Shown here: positions 51,816 through 64,000 of the stretch, piece by piece | Layout: the number at the start of each line of letters is the position of its first letter | Position numbering within the stretch: position 1 is the first letter of the stretch | Source: Octopus sinensis | Taxonomy: Eukaryota | Assembly: GCF_006345805.1 (NCBI RefSeq) | Contig: NC_043011.1 | Location: forward strand, 47,070,464-47,134,463 | Direction of reading: 5' to 3' | Length of the DNA: 64,000 nucleotides | Program-made: the position numbers and the translations under genes | The notes under the pieces: generated by a model | Databases searched by the model: none | The model's input: only the letters and a program-made list of their open reading frames with translations | Told to the model about the DNA's origin: nothing

Positions 51816-52693
51816 ATGTCCGTCTCTCCCCCACCAACTATGTGTCTTGTTGAAAAAGTTGGCAGTAGTTTTAAAGTTTTACCACACTGGTTCCTTAAAC
51901 TGGGGACACCTCGGATTAATAGCAGAGGGAGATCAAGTGAAAAGATACGAAATAACAACTATAGGTTGAACTATAAAGTGTACCCTTGTAACACCGAAAA
52001 CGAAGGATGCTTTGAAGAAGGAAGGTGTTATGAGAGTCCTAAAACCATAAAATTTACTTTGTTGTTTTAAAAACAGGAATTAAAGATCAAGAAACTAAGT
52101 CTCATTATTTTTGAATTCAAAAAATTTTCATTGGTAATTTGATAAAAGATGTAAAGCGAAAGTGGATTACAAATTCAAAGTTCGGTTATTTTAGTAAGCA
52201 ATCAATAACAAAATGCTTATGTTTATAATTTGTCTTTTCATTATCCATTTATCATTTCTTTTATGTCTTTTAAACCATTTGCCATCTGGTCACTAATTAG
52301 TTTTGCTTGAATAGAACATACAAGGGTAATCTAATTTTAGTTTAATTTAGTAGTAACTCATCATTATAACTTTATATATATATATATATAGGTATATATA
52401 TTATATATATATGGTGTATGTTTATATGTATAAAAGTTGTGCTATATATATATATATATATTATATATGATAAATATAGTGTTTATATGTTAAAAGATAG
52501 TGTTTATTATATACTACCCATATAGGTTATATATATAAAAGATGATGTTATAATATATATATATATAAATAATAAATATTAGGAATGAATCCAAAATTAC
52601 AGGGAAAAATCAGATTTAGGGTTAAATCCAATTTTATAGTAAAATATTATATATTATATATATATATATAAATATATAGATATATATATATAC

Positions 52694-53010
52694 AGCTGGA
52701 TGCCGTTCCTAATGTCAACCCTATAGAGTATAGTGGGGGCTTTTACGTGCCACCGGCATGAGGGCAAGTCAGGTGGTACTGGCAACTGCAATGCTCAAAT
52801 GGTGTTTTTACATGCCACCTGCACAGGAGCCAGTCCAGTGGCACTGGGAACAACCTCGCTTGAATGTTTTTCACATGCCACCGGTACAAGTGCCAGTAAG
52901 GTGACACTGGTAACAATCATGTTTGAATGGTGCTTTTTACGTGCCACTGGCACGGAAGCCAGTAAGCTTCTCAGGCACTGATCATGATCGGATGGTGCTC
53001 TAGTGCTCTA
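52694..53010 (-). mobile_element. Retroposon family D, internal portion
   Basis: cagctggatgccgttcctaatgtcaacc plus subrepeats. Confidence 0.8.
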
Positions 53011-53224
53011 ACATATATAGATATCTATATATATATATATATATATAATAATATAACAAAGTAAATGCGATACAATAAAATTAATTATAATCGCCGGTGT
53101 ACCAGTACACGCCATATATTATACATATATCATTACTTCAAGGCGAAGAGTGCACTAGATACACAATAGCTGGATAAATTTAGTGAGATGAAAATTAAAA
53201 ACTTTTACAAACTTAAAACTTTTC

Positions 53225-53291
53225 TTATACTGCAGTTTCGCCAATCAGTATAAAAATTAGTATTTATTTACTCAGGCTGGCTCTTCAGTAG
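53225..53291 (-). ncRNA. Minimal type-I hammerhead ribozyme motif, intact core
   Basis: Minus strand: CTA CTGAAGA GCCAG-32nt-TTGGC GAAA CTGCAG TA/TAA. Stem III is palindromic (ACTGCAGT), the cleavage triplet is GUA, and stem I is short. Confidence 0.65.
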
Positions 53292-53927
53292 ATTCCTGTT
53301 AATGATGGGAAGACCATATCAATAGACCCATGTGGTCTATCGAAATGCTCTTTCTAAACTATTCCAAACACTGCACAGACTCAGAACAAACCCGACAAAA
53401 ATTATATATATATATATACCATATATGTGTCTCTTATATATATGTGTGTGTATATATATATAATATATATATACCATATATATTACACATATATATAACT
53501 CATTAAGTATATATATATCTTACATATCTATATCACACACATATTTATATATAGGTGTGTGTGCATATAAATATATAAACACACTTTAATCCATAGTGCT
53601 GTAACTATTTACAGAACTTGGTAAACACTAATTTACAATTCTTCATCTTGTGACAAAAATTTATTTTATATAAGTCTTTGTAATAAAGTAAAAATCTCCA
53701 TCTGAATAAATAAGCCAATAATACTAATGATTTATTTTAGGAGCTGTTATAACAATATTATTGGTTTGTCTAATGTAACTAAAATTATCATGTTTTAAAT
53801 AAACATGTTTCAATATTTTTTCTTCCAATAAATTTCATTCTAAAATAGCTGGCTTTATACAGCTACACAGCTTTACGGCTTTATCTACCCCTGTATCCTG
53901 TATTGTTGACAATCATTCCTTGCTTAA

Positions 53928-54149
53928 CCCTTTCGTTACTGTATTTATTTTGAGATGCTCTGTGTATCTTTCAATTACTTTAAATATAAACAAAGAATTT
54001 AGTAAAATAACTTAGTTACCATTAAGCTAGTGTTAAGAACATAAATCATGACCAAGGTTTGGTGGAAGATTTTAATTAAAATCTTAAGAAAATAAGACAT
54101 TTGTACAACAGAGCCAGAGCTGGTTTCAGCCAGGTTGGTAACGAAAGGG
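53928..54149. mobile_element. piggyBac-like MITE, intact 222 bp
   Basis: TTAA|CCCTTTCGTTAC...GTAACGAAAGGG|TTAA: perfect 12-bp TIRs and TTAA on both sides. Confidence 0.92.
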
Positions 54150-54379
54150 TTAAATAAAGTAAAACAAGCCATAAAACACTGTGTGTGATTCAAACCAAGA
54201 GTATTAGAGTGGTTTGTTCTCAAAAAGACTGAAAAGACCCCTTCTTGTCTTGGATTAACCTTTCCTCTTTAAAATGGATTTAAAGTGAGATGCCATATTG
54301 ATGCTCTAAGTTGATGATTGTGTCATATGGATACAGTCATCAACTAAAGGGCAATTTGAGTTGATGTGACAGTCCCCTT

Positions 54380-54660
54380 TCTTCCTGGGAAAACAAAGCA
54401 TTAGAACACCAGACCAGGCATCAGTCCTTCTTTTTCTCAGTTCAAAGGGCTTCATGCAAGCATGGAGGCACGCAAGCAAAACACAGCTCCTCTAAATGGA
54501 AACCTTACCTGTCATTGTGGTTTCATGGCTCAAAGCAAAACAGGTTTTGCTGTCCACTCAAGAAAATATATAGTAAATGATCCACAAACACTCAAGCTGA
54601 GTCCTCAACTTGTTCCACTAGCAGGCCTCAAGAGACACATTCATGTCTAAAGAACATGAT
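54380..54660 (+). mobile_element. Decayed LINE (RTE-like) C-terminal zinc-finger remnant
   Basis: EARKQ...TCHCGFMAQSKTGFAVHSR...LAGLKRHIHV resembles the degenerate C2H2 motifs at RTE ORF ends. Confidence 0.4.
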
Positions 54661-55009
54661 AAACACTCTATGTTACTGAACACTTTAATTGTTGTTCATG
54701 ACAAGAGATATATATACATACATATATATATATATTAATATATATATATATATATATATATTATTATTCAAAGGAATTCCAACTCTGTCTGGTTTTTATG
54801 TTTTATTTATATTCTTTATAATTTTAATGTAGAATATAGAATATATAGTATAAATAGTAAAATGAAATGAAGTATTGATTGTCTTATTGAATAGATGAAA
54901 TATTGAATATCAAATATTAAGGGACTAGTATACTTTCTTGCATTTAAGCAGTCTTCAAGGTCCCAGGATGTGACAGATATGTTTCAACTGTATATATATA
55001 TATATATAA

Positions 55010-55197
55010 ATCATCATCATCATCATCATCGTTTAACGTCCGTTTTCCGCGCTAGCACGGGTTGGACGGTTCGACCGGAGTCTGGGAAGCCAGGGCTGCA
55101 CCAGGCTCCAGTCTGATCTGGCAGTGTTTTACAGCTGGATGCCCTTCCTAACGCCAACCACTCCACGAGTGTAGTGGGTGCTTTTTACATGCCACCT
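55010..55197 (-). mobile_element. Retroposon family D, young copy
   Basis: Nearly identical to 7751-7928. Confidence 0.88.
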
Positions 55198-55235
55198 ATA
55201 TGTATATATGTATATATTATATATATATTATAATA

Positions 55236-55296
<61 letters not shown>

Positions 55297-55311
55297 TATA
55301 CACATGTATAT

Positions 55312-55348
<37 letters not shown>

Positions 55349-55778
55349 ATAGAGAATATGGAGACTAGTACATCCCCCAAAATTATTTCTTTTAATTTTT
55401 CAGTATGTCATGCAATGTATTTCTATGGTGACAGCAACCTACACATGTCTCTGCTGCAATGTCTGAGCAGTTGCATATGCAACCAGATATAATTTTCTCT
55501 GCCACTTTCAACCAGGGTCTTTCAACCAGCTTGGTGCTTGAAGTGAAATGAATTCAGTTAGTTGTTTATTGGTTAGGGTTCAGGAGTAAAGGAGGGGAGG
55601 TTAGTTTGAATTTGAAATCCACTCTGCAGCTAAAATTGTATGGTTGACGTTGGCTTTGTAACAGTTGTTGGCAGAAGTCAAAGTAGCTGTAACCTGGAAC
55701 ATAGCTTAGAGTTACTACGGTATCTACCTGGATAATATATCCCTCTAAACACACACACACACACACACACATATATAT

Positions 55779-56081
55779 GACACGTGATCACGTGACCGAC
55801 CAGACCATCAGATGTTGTTACACATCGCTGATCACAATGCGTTCGCATTGTTTTAGCCTTTGAATGACTCCACCCTGCTGGCTAAGCGAGCAGGCCAACA
55901 GAAGGAAGAGCGGGAAACAGAGTGGTGAAAGAGTACAGCAGGGATCACCACCTCCTGCTGGAGCCTCGTGGAGCTTTAGGTGTTTTCGCTCAATAAACAC
56001 TCACAACGCCTGGTCTGGGAATCGAAACCGCGATCCTACGACCGGGAGTCTGCTGCCCTAACCACTGGGCCATTGCGCCCC
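55779..56081 (-). mobile_element. SINE family E head with a third type of 3' end
   Basis: Head as at 49225-49610; 3' end carries the cacgtgatcacgtg palindrome; both flanks read cacatatatat (possible TSD). Confidence 0.85.
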
Positions 56082-56132
<51 letters not shown>

Positions 56133-56166
56133 ATATATATATATATATATAGATATATATATATAT

Positions 56167-56234
<68 letters not shown>

Positions 56235-56429
56235 TTATGTAAATTAACATATGTGGGTTGAGGTTCGTTACAGCTGTTTCAGATGTGTTTGTTATTAATA
56301 AACAAATCAATTACATCATGCAAAGAAAATGTTTTCTCTGCTGGTGAATTAAAATAAAATTCAACATTATGGACTTTTACACACAAGGAGTATAGACTCT
56401 ACCTTGTTGTCTGTATTATTAAAATACTT

Positions 56430-56896
56430 TTAACCTATTGGATTCTGCAAATAATTATATAGACGTATATATATATAAGAGATAATGGTGTTATTGAGAC
56501 CCAAAGGTGTCAGGTAATGCTGAATAAGTGCTATAGACAGACCATAGTTAAGTTCCAGATTCGGTAATATTGCGAATAAAGGGTTCAAAGTTGGTTTTAT
56601 GTCAGCTTGTGTATATAAGAATTTTTTGCGTAGTAAGATGAAAAAAACCAAGACTGTATAGATATTAGAGCATTTATATATCGAAGGTCTTACAGCTGTT
56701 TCTAGGATATTAATAATAATATCCTGTCATCGGAGACGGTGTGAGAGGAAAAATTAAGTCATAGTTAGTTTCGATGTGATACAAGTAGAGAGTGAGGTGG
56801 AGGAAAGAAAATAGATGTAAGACCTTCTATATTAAATGCTCCAATATATATATAGCCTTGGTTTTTTTATCTTATTATGCAAAAAATTCTTATATA
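56430..56896 (-). mobile_element. PLE-like 3' end with inverted terminal repeat
   Basis: Arms 56612-56693 and 56817-56896; the minus strand reads ...RKKFLYTQADIKPTLN, resembling the PLE endonuclease C-terminal P.LN motif; contains a hammerhead motif. Confidence 0.6.
56687..56737 (-). ncRNA. Minimal type-I hammerhead motif with a U4C core change
   Basis: GTCT CCGATGA C AGGATATT-attatt-AATATCCT A GAAAC AGCT GTA/AGAC: stems I, II and palindromic III are all present. Confidence 0.7.
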
Positions 56897-57071
56897 TATA
56901 TGTATATGTATACTGGACTTAGACTAAGAAATTTGTCAAGAATTTAAGGGGTGGAGAAGGAGGAAAATTAACCACAAAAATGCTGATATAGTCTCGTGTC
57001 AGACAAATGATTAAAATAATAGCATTAAAAGCTTAAAAGCATAAAAATAGTCAGAAAATAAATAGTAATAG

Positions 57072-57637
57072 ATTTCTTTATTGGCCATGCAGGGCTGAAC
57101 ACAGACGGGACAAAATACAAAGTAGAGCTTTTCTTTTGGGGAAGAAAAGAAGAATAAAAAAAAAGGTCGGATTCTGATGAAAAATGGTAAAAAAGATGGG
57201 GACGATCAATAGGGATCATGTATCACAGAAATGTCAATGCAAAAAGAGAAAACAGATTAGGTTTGTCCATGGATAGAAAAGCCTACGAAAAAGACCACGA
57301 GAACCTTGGGCAATAGTGTCATGCAAAAAGAAAACACATTACAGTAAGTGGCTGCCTTTTTTCCTTTCATTTTTCTTTTGGTTCATAGGATTATGCTCAA
57401 GCTAGCTCCATCATTCACACATGCCATCCTTGTTAGATTCACCCATCTTTTTTGGAAGCATTCACTAGACAAAACTTCCCTCTCTACTCTCACCTTCCTC
57501 TTCAAGTGATACTTGAAGAAGTTGATGAGAGATTGACCAGAGAGGAAAGTGTTTGTCTCTAGACCTTTCAGACACATCCACCATATAAATTCTTTTGCCA
57601 TAACCACAAGTACGATGAAAATGGCTCTTCCTTATTA
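57072..57637 (-). mobile_element. Tx1/L1-like LINE 3' end (same family as 42699-43145)
   Basis: Reads GRAIFIVLVVMAKEFIWWMCLKGLETNTFLSGQSLINFFKYHLKRKVRVEREVLSSECFQKRWVNLTRMAC...SIIL*, plus 3' UTR. Confidence 0.75.
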
Positions 57638-57641
57638 TTTT

Positions 57642-57692
<51 letters not shown>

Positions 57693-57694
<2 letters not shown>

Positions 57695-58179
57695 TGTACA
57701 TTGTTTTGTCTTGGTATAAAAGATGGGCTACAGTAAATATTCTGCTCAATACCACAGATTTGCTTGTCAGTTGTTTGACCATAACCAGTTGACCATGTCC
57801 CACAGTGGCTGACAATATGTGCATCTCTGATCATGAGCAGAAGTAGTGGGGTAGCATCATAGCTGTGTGTTTAAAGGAATTCTTAGAGGTTTGGATAATT
57901 CACCTTTGGAAACGGAGGTTCGTTTAACACCCTTAAACAATCCTTATTCAGGGACCTTTTGAGTGAGATGGGCTACTCAACCAGATGAAAATTCAAACTG
58001 CGCCCCACCTGTAAGGTCATGTGCTGTTTATCTTGATATGAGATCACCATGTCGTGCACATATGGTTGTGATGCATGTGCCTGGTGTACCCTTACCAGAT
58101 GGGTAGTCATGAGGGTTATACAGGGCTTCGTATATTTTACCCCAGTGTCACTTTGATGGCATACGTTGCTCTCTCACTC
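57693..58179. mobile_element. ~490-bp unclassified element flanked on both sides by (AAT)n
   Basis: (AAT)n at 57646-57692 and 58180-58232; higher GC than the surroundings; no ORF recognised. Confidence 0.45.
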
Positions 58180-58231
<52 letters not shown>

Positions 58232-58234
<3 letters not shown>

Positions 58235-58450
58235 TGTTCAAATTTTGGCACAAGCCAGCAATTCCTGGGGAAGGAAGAAGTTGGTTAAATCAACCCCAGT
58301 GCTCAAATGGTACATATTTTATCGACCCTGAATGGATGGATGGATGGCAAAGCAGACTTCGGCTGAATTTGAACCACAAAACAAAGAGGGACAAAATGCC
58401 ACTATGCCTTTTGCCTGATGTGCCAATGATTCTGCTAGCTCACTGCCTTA
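58232..58450 (-). mobile_element. SINE family B, old variant
   Basis: ttcaaattttggcacaagccagc...atcgaccctgaatggatg...ctgctagctcactgcc. Confidence 0.7.
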
Positions 58451-59184
58451 AGAAAGCAATAATAATGAAAATGATGATGGCTTTTAGGAAGAAATTGTTA
58501 TGATATCTCTTGTTGCACAATCTTGTCTACACATCTCATGCTATCCATCAGAATCTAATAAATGGTAAAGAATGAACTCAATGTAGTAAAGCTACAATTC
58601 TTTAGTTCTGCTACTGAGACAGAACTCTGGGGAAGGGATGCTACTCTAGAATTAATGTCATCTTTTGAATTATTAGGATGAAAAACAAAAATACAAATAA
58701 CTTGGATATTCCTTTGAATTCTTTACATAAGTTGTTTGGCATATTCTTTTTTTTTCTTTCATTTCATTATAGTTCTTCATAATTTAAAGTATATGAAAGA
58801 AAACTATATTTTTCTGTGATATTCTACAGGGGGAATTTCTGAAAAAGGAAAATAGCAATGCTGCAGTTATATCTTATTTATTCTTCTTAATAATATTTTT
58901 TCATTCCAGTATTATGGTTTGTGCACATTGTGTGTGTGTGTTTGTGTGTGTGTGTACATGCATGTGTGTGTACACAGTGTGTATGATTTTTTTTTTTTTT
59001 TGTAAGTACATCCATTTGTATATACAATAAATCTGTTCATTTAATCCAATAAATATGGAATAAGATAATTTTTCATAAACATAGATTGCTCTCTTTCAAA
59101 TGGTACAAAATATCTGATAATAAACTCCGATGACATCATCCAGGTCCAGAGCTGAGTAGAAGTATTATACAAGTAAAAATAACT

Positions 59185-59560
59185 GCGGCACCTTGGGCAA
59201 GTGTGTTGCACTATATAGCCTCAGGCCAACCTAATCCATATAAGTGGCTCTGGTAGATGGAAACTGAACGAAGCCCATCATGTATGGACATAGATATTTT
59301 TTTATTCTTTTACATGTTTCAGTCATTTGTTTGTGGCCAGTCTTAGTCAAAGAAAGCAACTCCAAGATTTGTTCTTTTTAAGCCTAGTACTTATCATATC
59401 AGTCCCTTTTGCCAAACTGCCTTCCATGCTAGGATGGATTGGACGGTTTGACAGGAAGTAGCCAGGTAGAAGACTACACCAAACTACTGTGTCTGTTTTG
59501 GTATGGATTGTATGGCTGCATGCGCTTCCAAATGATGACTGCCCCATAAAGTGGGCTGAG
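59185..59560. mobile_element. SINE A (+) fragment abutting a D (-) fragment
   Basis: gcggcaccttgggcaagtg...; cttccatgctaggatggattggacgg... Confidence 0.7.
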
Positions 59561-60050
59561 TGCGTTATATATATATATAGTTGTATTTCATGATGGTCAC
59601 ATTTTTTTTTTGCTAAATAAACACATACACTATATATTTGTTCTTTACTTGCTTATTACTGTCCTTATTCTAATTCATAACCAGTGTCAGGACAGTGGGC
59701 ATAAGTTAGAAAGAGAACATTAGAAATGAGTGAAGAACAAGCCATTATAGATTTTTAACCACTACACACATTTTTTTTCTCTCCTTGTTTTTTTTTCTGT
59801 GTCCCTTTCTGTAGAAGAGCATAGGCTCGAAACATAAAAGACTTTTTATATTCCTGAGCGTTATACTAACACATTTGTTTGTTTTGTACACCACCTGTCT
59901 TCGTCTTTTGTTGGTTTTTTTTGTAAACTCTCTGAATATATAGTGCATGTGGTTATTTGGCAAAAAGAAACAAATTGACCATCCTGAAATATAACATATC
60001 TGTTTCAACACATGGTTTCACATCAGGAATCTTGCAACATAAATTCATTA

Positions 60051-60105
<55 letters not shown>

Positions 60106-60674
60106 TTATATATATATATAAAGAGAGCGAGAGGAGAGAAAAAGGGAGAGAGAGAGAATGAATGAGAGAGAGAGCGAGAGAAAGATGAGTGACATAGAGA
60201 GAGATGGGACATGCTTCAATACATATATATATATGTGCATATATATGTGTATTATGTAAGATAAACATTGATCTTGAGCAGTTGCTGTTTTATAACAATT
60301 TTGAATAAATACCATTTTCTTTTGATCTGTGAACACAAAAAGAAAAAGTGAACATGTTTTTTTAAGGATGATTGCAATCAAGCAACTTTTCTTGTTTATT
60401 ATGATGCTTGTTTAAAAATAATACATGTTGTCCAATCATAGTCTCACACAAGTATATGCATATAAGCGGCACTACATTAGAAGAACTTTGTCCAAGGAGC
60501 CATGCAATAGCAATGCACCCCAAATCACTTGGTTGGGAAAAAAGACTTCTTAGACACACAGCTAAGCCTATATAATTCTTTCTTTCAATGTATGCCTGCA
60601 TTAGTGTGCGTGTGTGTGTTGTATATATAGCTATCTCTATATATATATATATCTATATATATGTATATATATAT

Positions 60675-60933
60675 ATTATATAAAAGGGCTTAGTAAAATA
60701 AATTACTTTGCCGCATACTGAACTCGTTAGAAATAGCAGCTAAAAAAACTATTTCTAACACTTAAAGAAAACCTCTCTCATATAGTGTTTGCTCAATTCA
60801 ACTCGAGTTGATTGAGCAAACACTATATGAGAGAGGTTTTCTTTAAGTGTTAGAAATAGTTTTTTTAGCTGCTATTTCTAACGAGTTCAGTATGCGGCAA
60901 AGTAATTTATTTTACTAAGCCCTTTTATATAAT
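60675..60933. repeat. 259-bp near-perfect palindrome (one unpaired nt, no spacer)
   Basis: Centre tcaactc|gagttga; arms read base by base are complementary. Confidence 0.92.
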
Positions 60934-61026
60934 GTAATAATTGAATTTGCCTTAAATGGTCCCTTTGCATACTGATACTTGGTGAAATTGATTATTAATT
61001 AATTAATTTTACCCTCAATTGTTGAA

Positions 61027-61081
<55 letters not shown>

Positions 61082-61154
61082 GACACCATACACACACATC
61101 TCTCACTCTATATATATATGTGTGTATGTGTAAATATATTATGTATTTATATGA

Positions 61155-61530
61155 ATGGCTGCGTGGTAAGAAGCTTGCTTCCCAACCACATAGTTCTGGG
61201 TTCAGTCTCACTACGTGTCACTTGGGAAAGTGTCTTCTACTATAGCCTCAGGCCGACCGAAGCCTTGTGAGTGTATCTGGTAGATGGAAACTGAAAGAAG
61301 CCCATGGTATGTGTGTGTGTGTGCGCATTTGTCTCTTCATCACCACTTGATAAATGGTGTTGGTGTGTTTACATCTGCATAACTTATCAGTTTGGTGAAA
61401 GTGACTGATAGAATAAGTACTACGCTTAAAAAATCAGTTGTAGGGTTGAGTTGATTTGACTAGAATTCTCCAAGATGGTGCTCCAGCATGGCAGTAGTCA
61501 AAGGACTTAACGAGTAAAAGAATAAAAGAA
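61155..61530 (+). mobile_element. SINE family A, diverged
   Basis: Colinear with other copies. Confidence 0.85.
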
Positions 61531-61622
61531 CAAAAGGATATTTACACACACAGATAGATATACACATATTTATCTATTTTCCTATTTGTGTGTATATGTA
61601 TGCATGAATGTATGTATCTCTC

Positions 61623-61693
<71 letters not shown>

Positions 61694-61725
61694 GTACATA
61701 TCTATGTACCTGTAATATCTATCTA

Positions 61726-61766
<41 letters not shown>

Positions 61767-62012
61767 CTATAGTATCTATATATATAAACATGTATATAAA
61801 TTAGAGAAGAACCACCATGTAGCAATTCAACAATGATATACTTAAATCATACCATATGGAAAAAAATTAAAGATATCTTAAAACATTTACCAAAAACTAA
61901 ATAAAGTACTAAATACTAAATATATAGTATATATTAGCAAATAGACTACATGTGTTTAATAATAATAATAATAATAATAAAATAATAATAATATAATAAT
62001 AATGATAATATA

Positions 62013-62053
<41 letters not shown>

Positions 62054-62402
62054 TATATATACAGTAGCTCAGTTTTCAAACACCTCTGATAATAAATAAA
62101 TCGTGCTTCATCTCTGTTTTTCTCATATTCATTTTCTATGGTACTACTGTATTGTTGGTATTATGTTAAACTGTTGTATGTCCAAGTTTGGTCATACAGA
62201 TAAATATAAATTTAAAAAAATTTTTGCGTGCAATAGCCAGTTCTTTTGTCAAACTATCGTATCTCCAGCTGTTTCTTATGCCAAGATATAAAAAATTATG
62301 AGGTGTAGTACAATGGTTTTGCTACTGAATTGTGAAACTATTTTTTTGTTTTCTGAAAAAAGCAACGTTTTGGACTTACAACACTTTTGCATAACAGCAA
62401 CG

Positions 62403-62442
<40 letters not shown>

Positions 62443-63869
62443 TTAATTAATAATATTATGGTAATAAAAATTTTAGAAATTTTTACTACCAGTGGCCTAG
62501 CATAAAAAAAGTTAGTCATAGAACTATATATTATTCATATAAAATAAGGTGTACATTAAAACACATTAAGAGGCTTCCATCATAGGAATCCTTTACGCTA
62601 GAAAGAAAAGTTAAAGTACACTTAATGTACACTGTATTTTATATATATATATATATAATATATATATATATATATTGATGTCTGGAAGATGCACAATTTG
62701 ATAGTGCACACCTTTAATGTAAGTCTGATGATGCACCACTCTAATGTGTAAAACTGCAAACATTACATAAATTTTCCCTTCGAATTTTTGCATAAATTGG
62801 AATTGCAAGCACAATTCGTACAGAAAAAATTAGTAGCAAATCATTAAAGTTCTGTTAAAAAATTTCTTTTGTCTTCTTCTTATTTGGATTTCTCACACAT
62901 ACACACACATATATACGTATATGCATGTATGTATGCATTTATGTATATACACACATATGAAGATTTTATGTTCATTATTATATTTGCATTAGATAAGTAT
63001 ATTATGCTCACCATATATTTTTGTCTCTTTACTTAACGGACCATATTTGACAAAAATGTATTTGTTTATTCACTAATCCTAATGGATATTACTAAGAGGC
63101 TGGATTAAAATTATTTTGGACAATTTTGTTAGCTTGCAGCTAATAAATACATAAGTAAATAGATAGATAGATAAATATTTTCTTCCTTGTTTTTCTGTTG
63201 ATTTACCAGTATTAAGAATTTTAACTGTTTCTTGTTTGTAGAGAGAGGGTTCATATTTTCTCAAATGTTGAGTTCAAACTGAGAAACAAGGCCACACCTC
63301 TTTGAGGAAGGATATTGATTGGATGTGCTCAGCTGGTATTTTTCGTTACTAACTCTGGAAGGATGAAGAGTAAAGTTCGCCTTAGTGGAATTTGAACTCA
63401 GATAGTGAAGAGAAGTAATTAAATACCACAAGGTAATGCTGTCCTTCCTGGGATTTTAACAAATTTTAAGTAATTATGATAAAACATCTATTTTAGCACT
63501 CTATTAACTATGGACTCTGTTTAATCATTTGTCAGTTTTTCATTTTGGTACAACATCAAATATTTAAAAGTAAAAGGAATGTTTTCAATTAAGTTATCTT
63601 TGATACCTATCGAACATCTATCTACCTGACAAAATGAATCTTAAAAATCCTAAGCCAACTTAGGAGTGTTTTCATACAATAGCACAACCCGCTCAATAAA
63701 CCACCAACTTCACTTAGTTCATACCTTATTGTCTGAAAAAGAAACATTAAACATGAGATAATATAGTTCTTGATACAATATTGTCATTCGCTGGGACAGC
63801 AATGCCAATGTCATCATCAACTATCATCATTTTACACCAGTTTTTCTATGCACACGTGCACCCTGTCTT

Positions 63870-64000
63870 TAAGGCAGCGAGCTGGCAGAATCATTAGCAT
63901 GCCGGGTGAAATGCCTATCAGTATTTCCTCTGTCTTTACATTCTGAGTTCAAATTCCGCCAACATCAACTTTGACTTTCATCCTTTTGGGGTCGATTAAA
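63870..64000 (+). mobile_element. SINE family B, cut by the window edge
   Basis: ggcagcgagctggcagaatcattagcatgccgggtgaaatg...ttttggggtcgatt. Confidence 0.85.

Noticed and set aside
55566-55745. ORF EGYIIQVDTVVTLSYVPGYSYFDFCQQ...
   Set aside because: The start lies in a (TG)n tract and there is no supporting splice context or recognisable domain.

Overview
AT-rich, repeat-saturated animal genomic DNA. The SINE families and microsatellite load look like an Octopus genome; this is recognised from memory, not from a database search. It is most likely intronic or intergenic: no complete gene, rRNA, true tRNA or CRISPR array is supported, and nearly all ORFs in the supplied track are microsatellite or SINE read-throughs. 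The window holds at least five tRNA-SINE-like or non-autonomous retroposon families (called A-E here), decayed RTE, Tx1/L1-like, Penelope-like (PLE) and mariner fragments, piggyBac-like and PIF/Harbinger-like MITEs, and several nested insertions with visible target-site duplications (TSDs). Four points stand out. (1) Minimal type-I hammerhead ribozyme motifs from several sequence families are present, one with an intact core at 53225-53291(-). (2) SINE family B shares a 43-nt 3' end with a Tx1/L1-like LINE, suggesting a SINE-LINE partnership. (3) There are several long, near-perfect fold-back palindromes. (4) A few low-confidence isolated exon or microexon candidates lie on both strands. Repeat boundaries were read by eye and are approximate to about 10-20 nt unless a TSD or terminal inverted repeat (TIR) is quoted.
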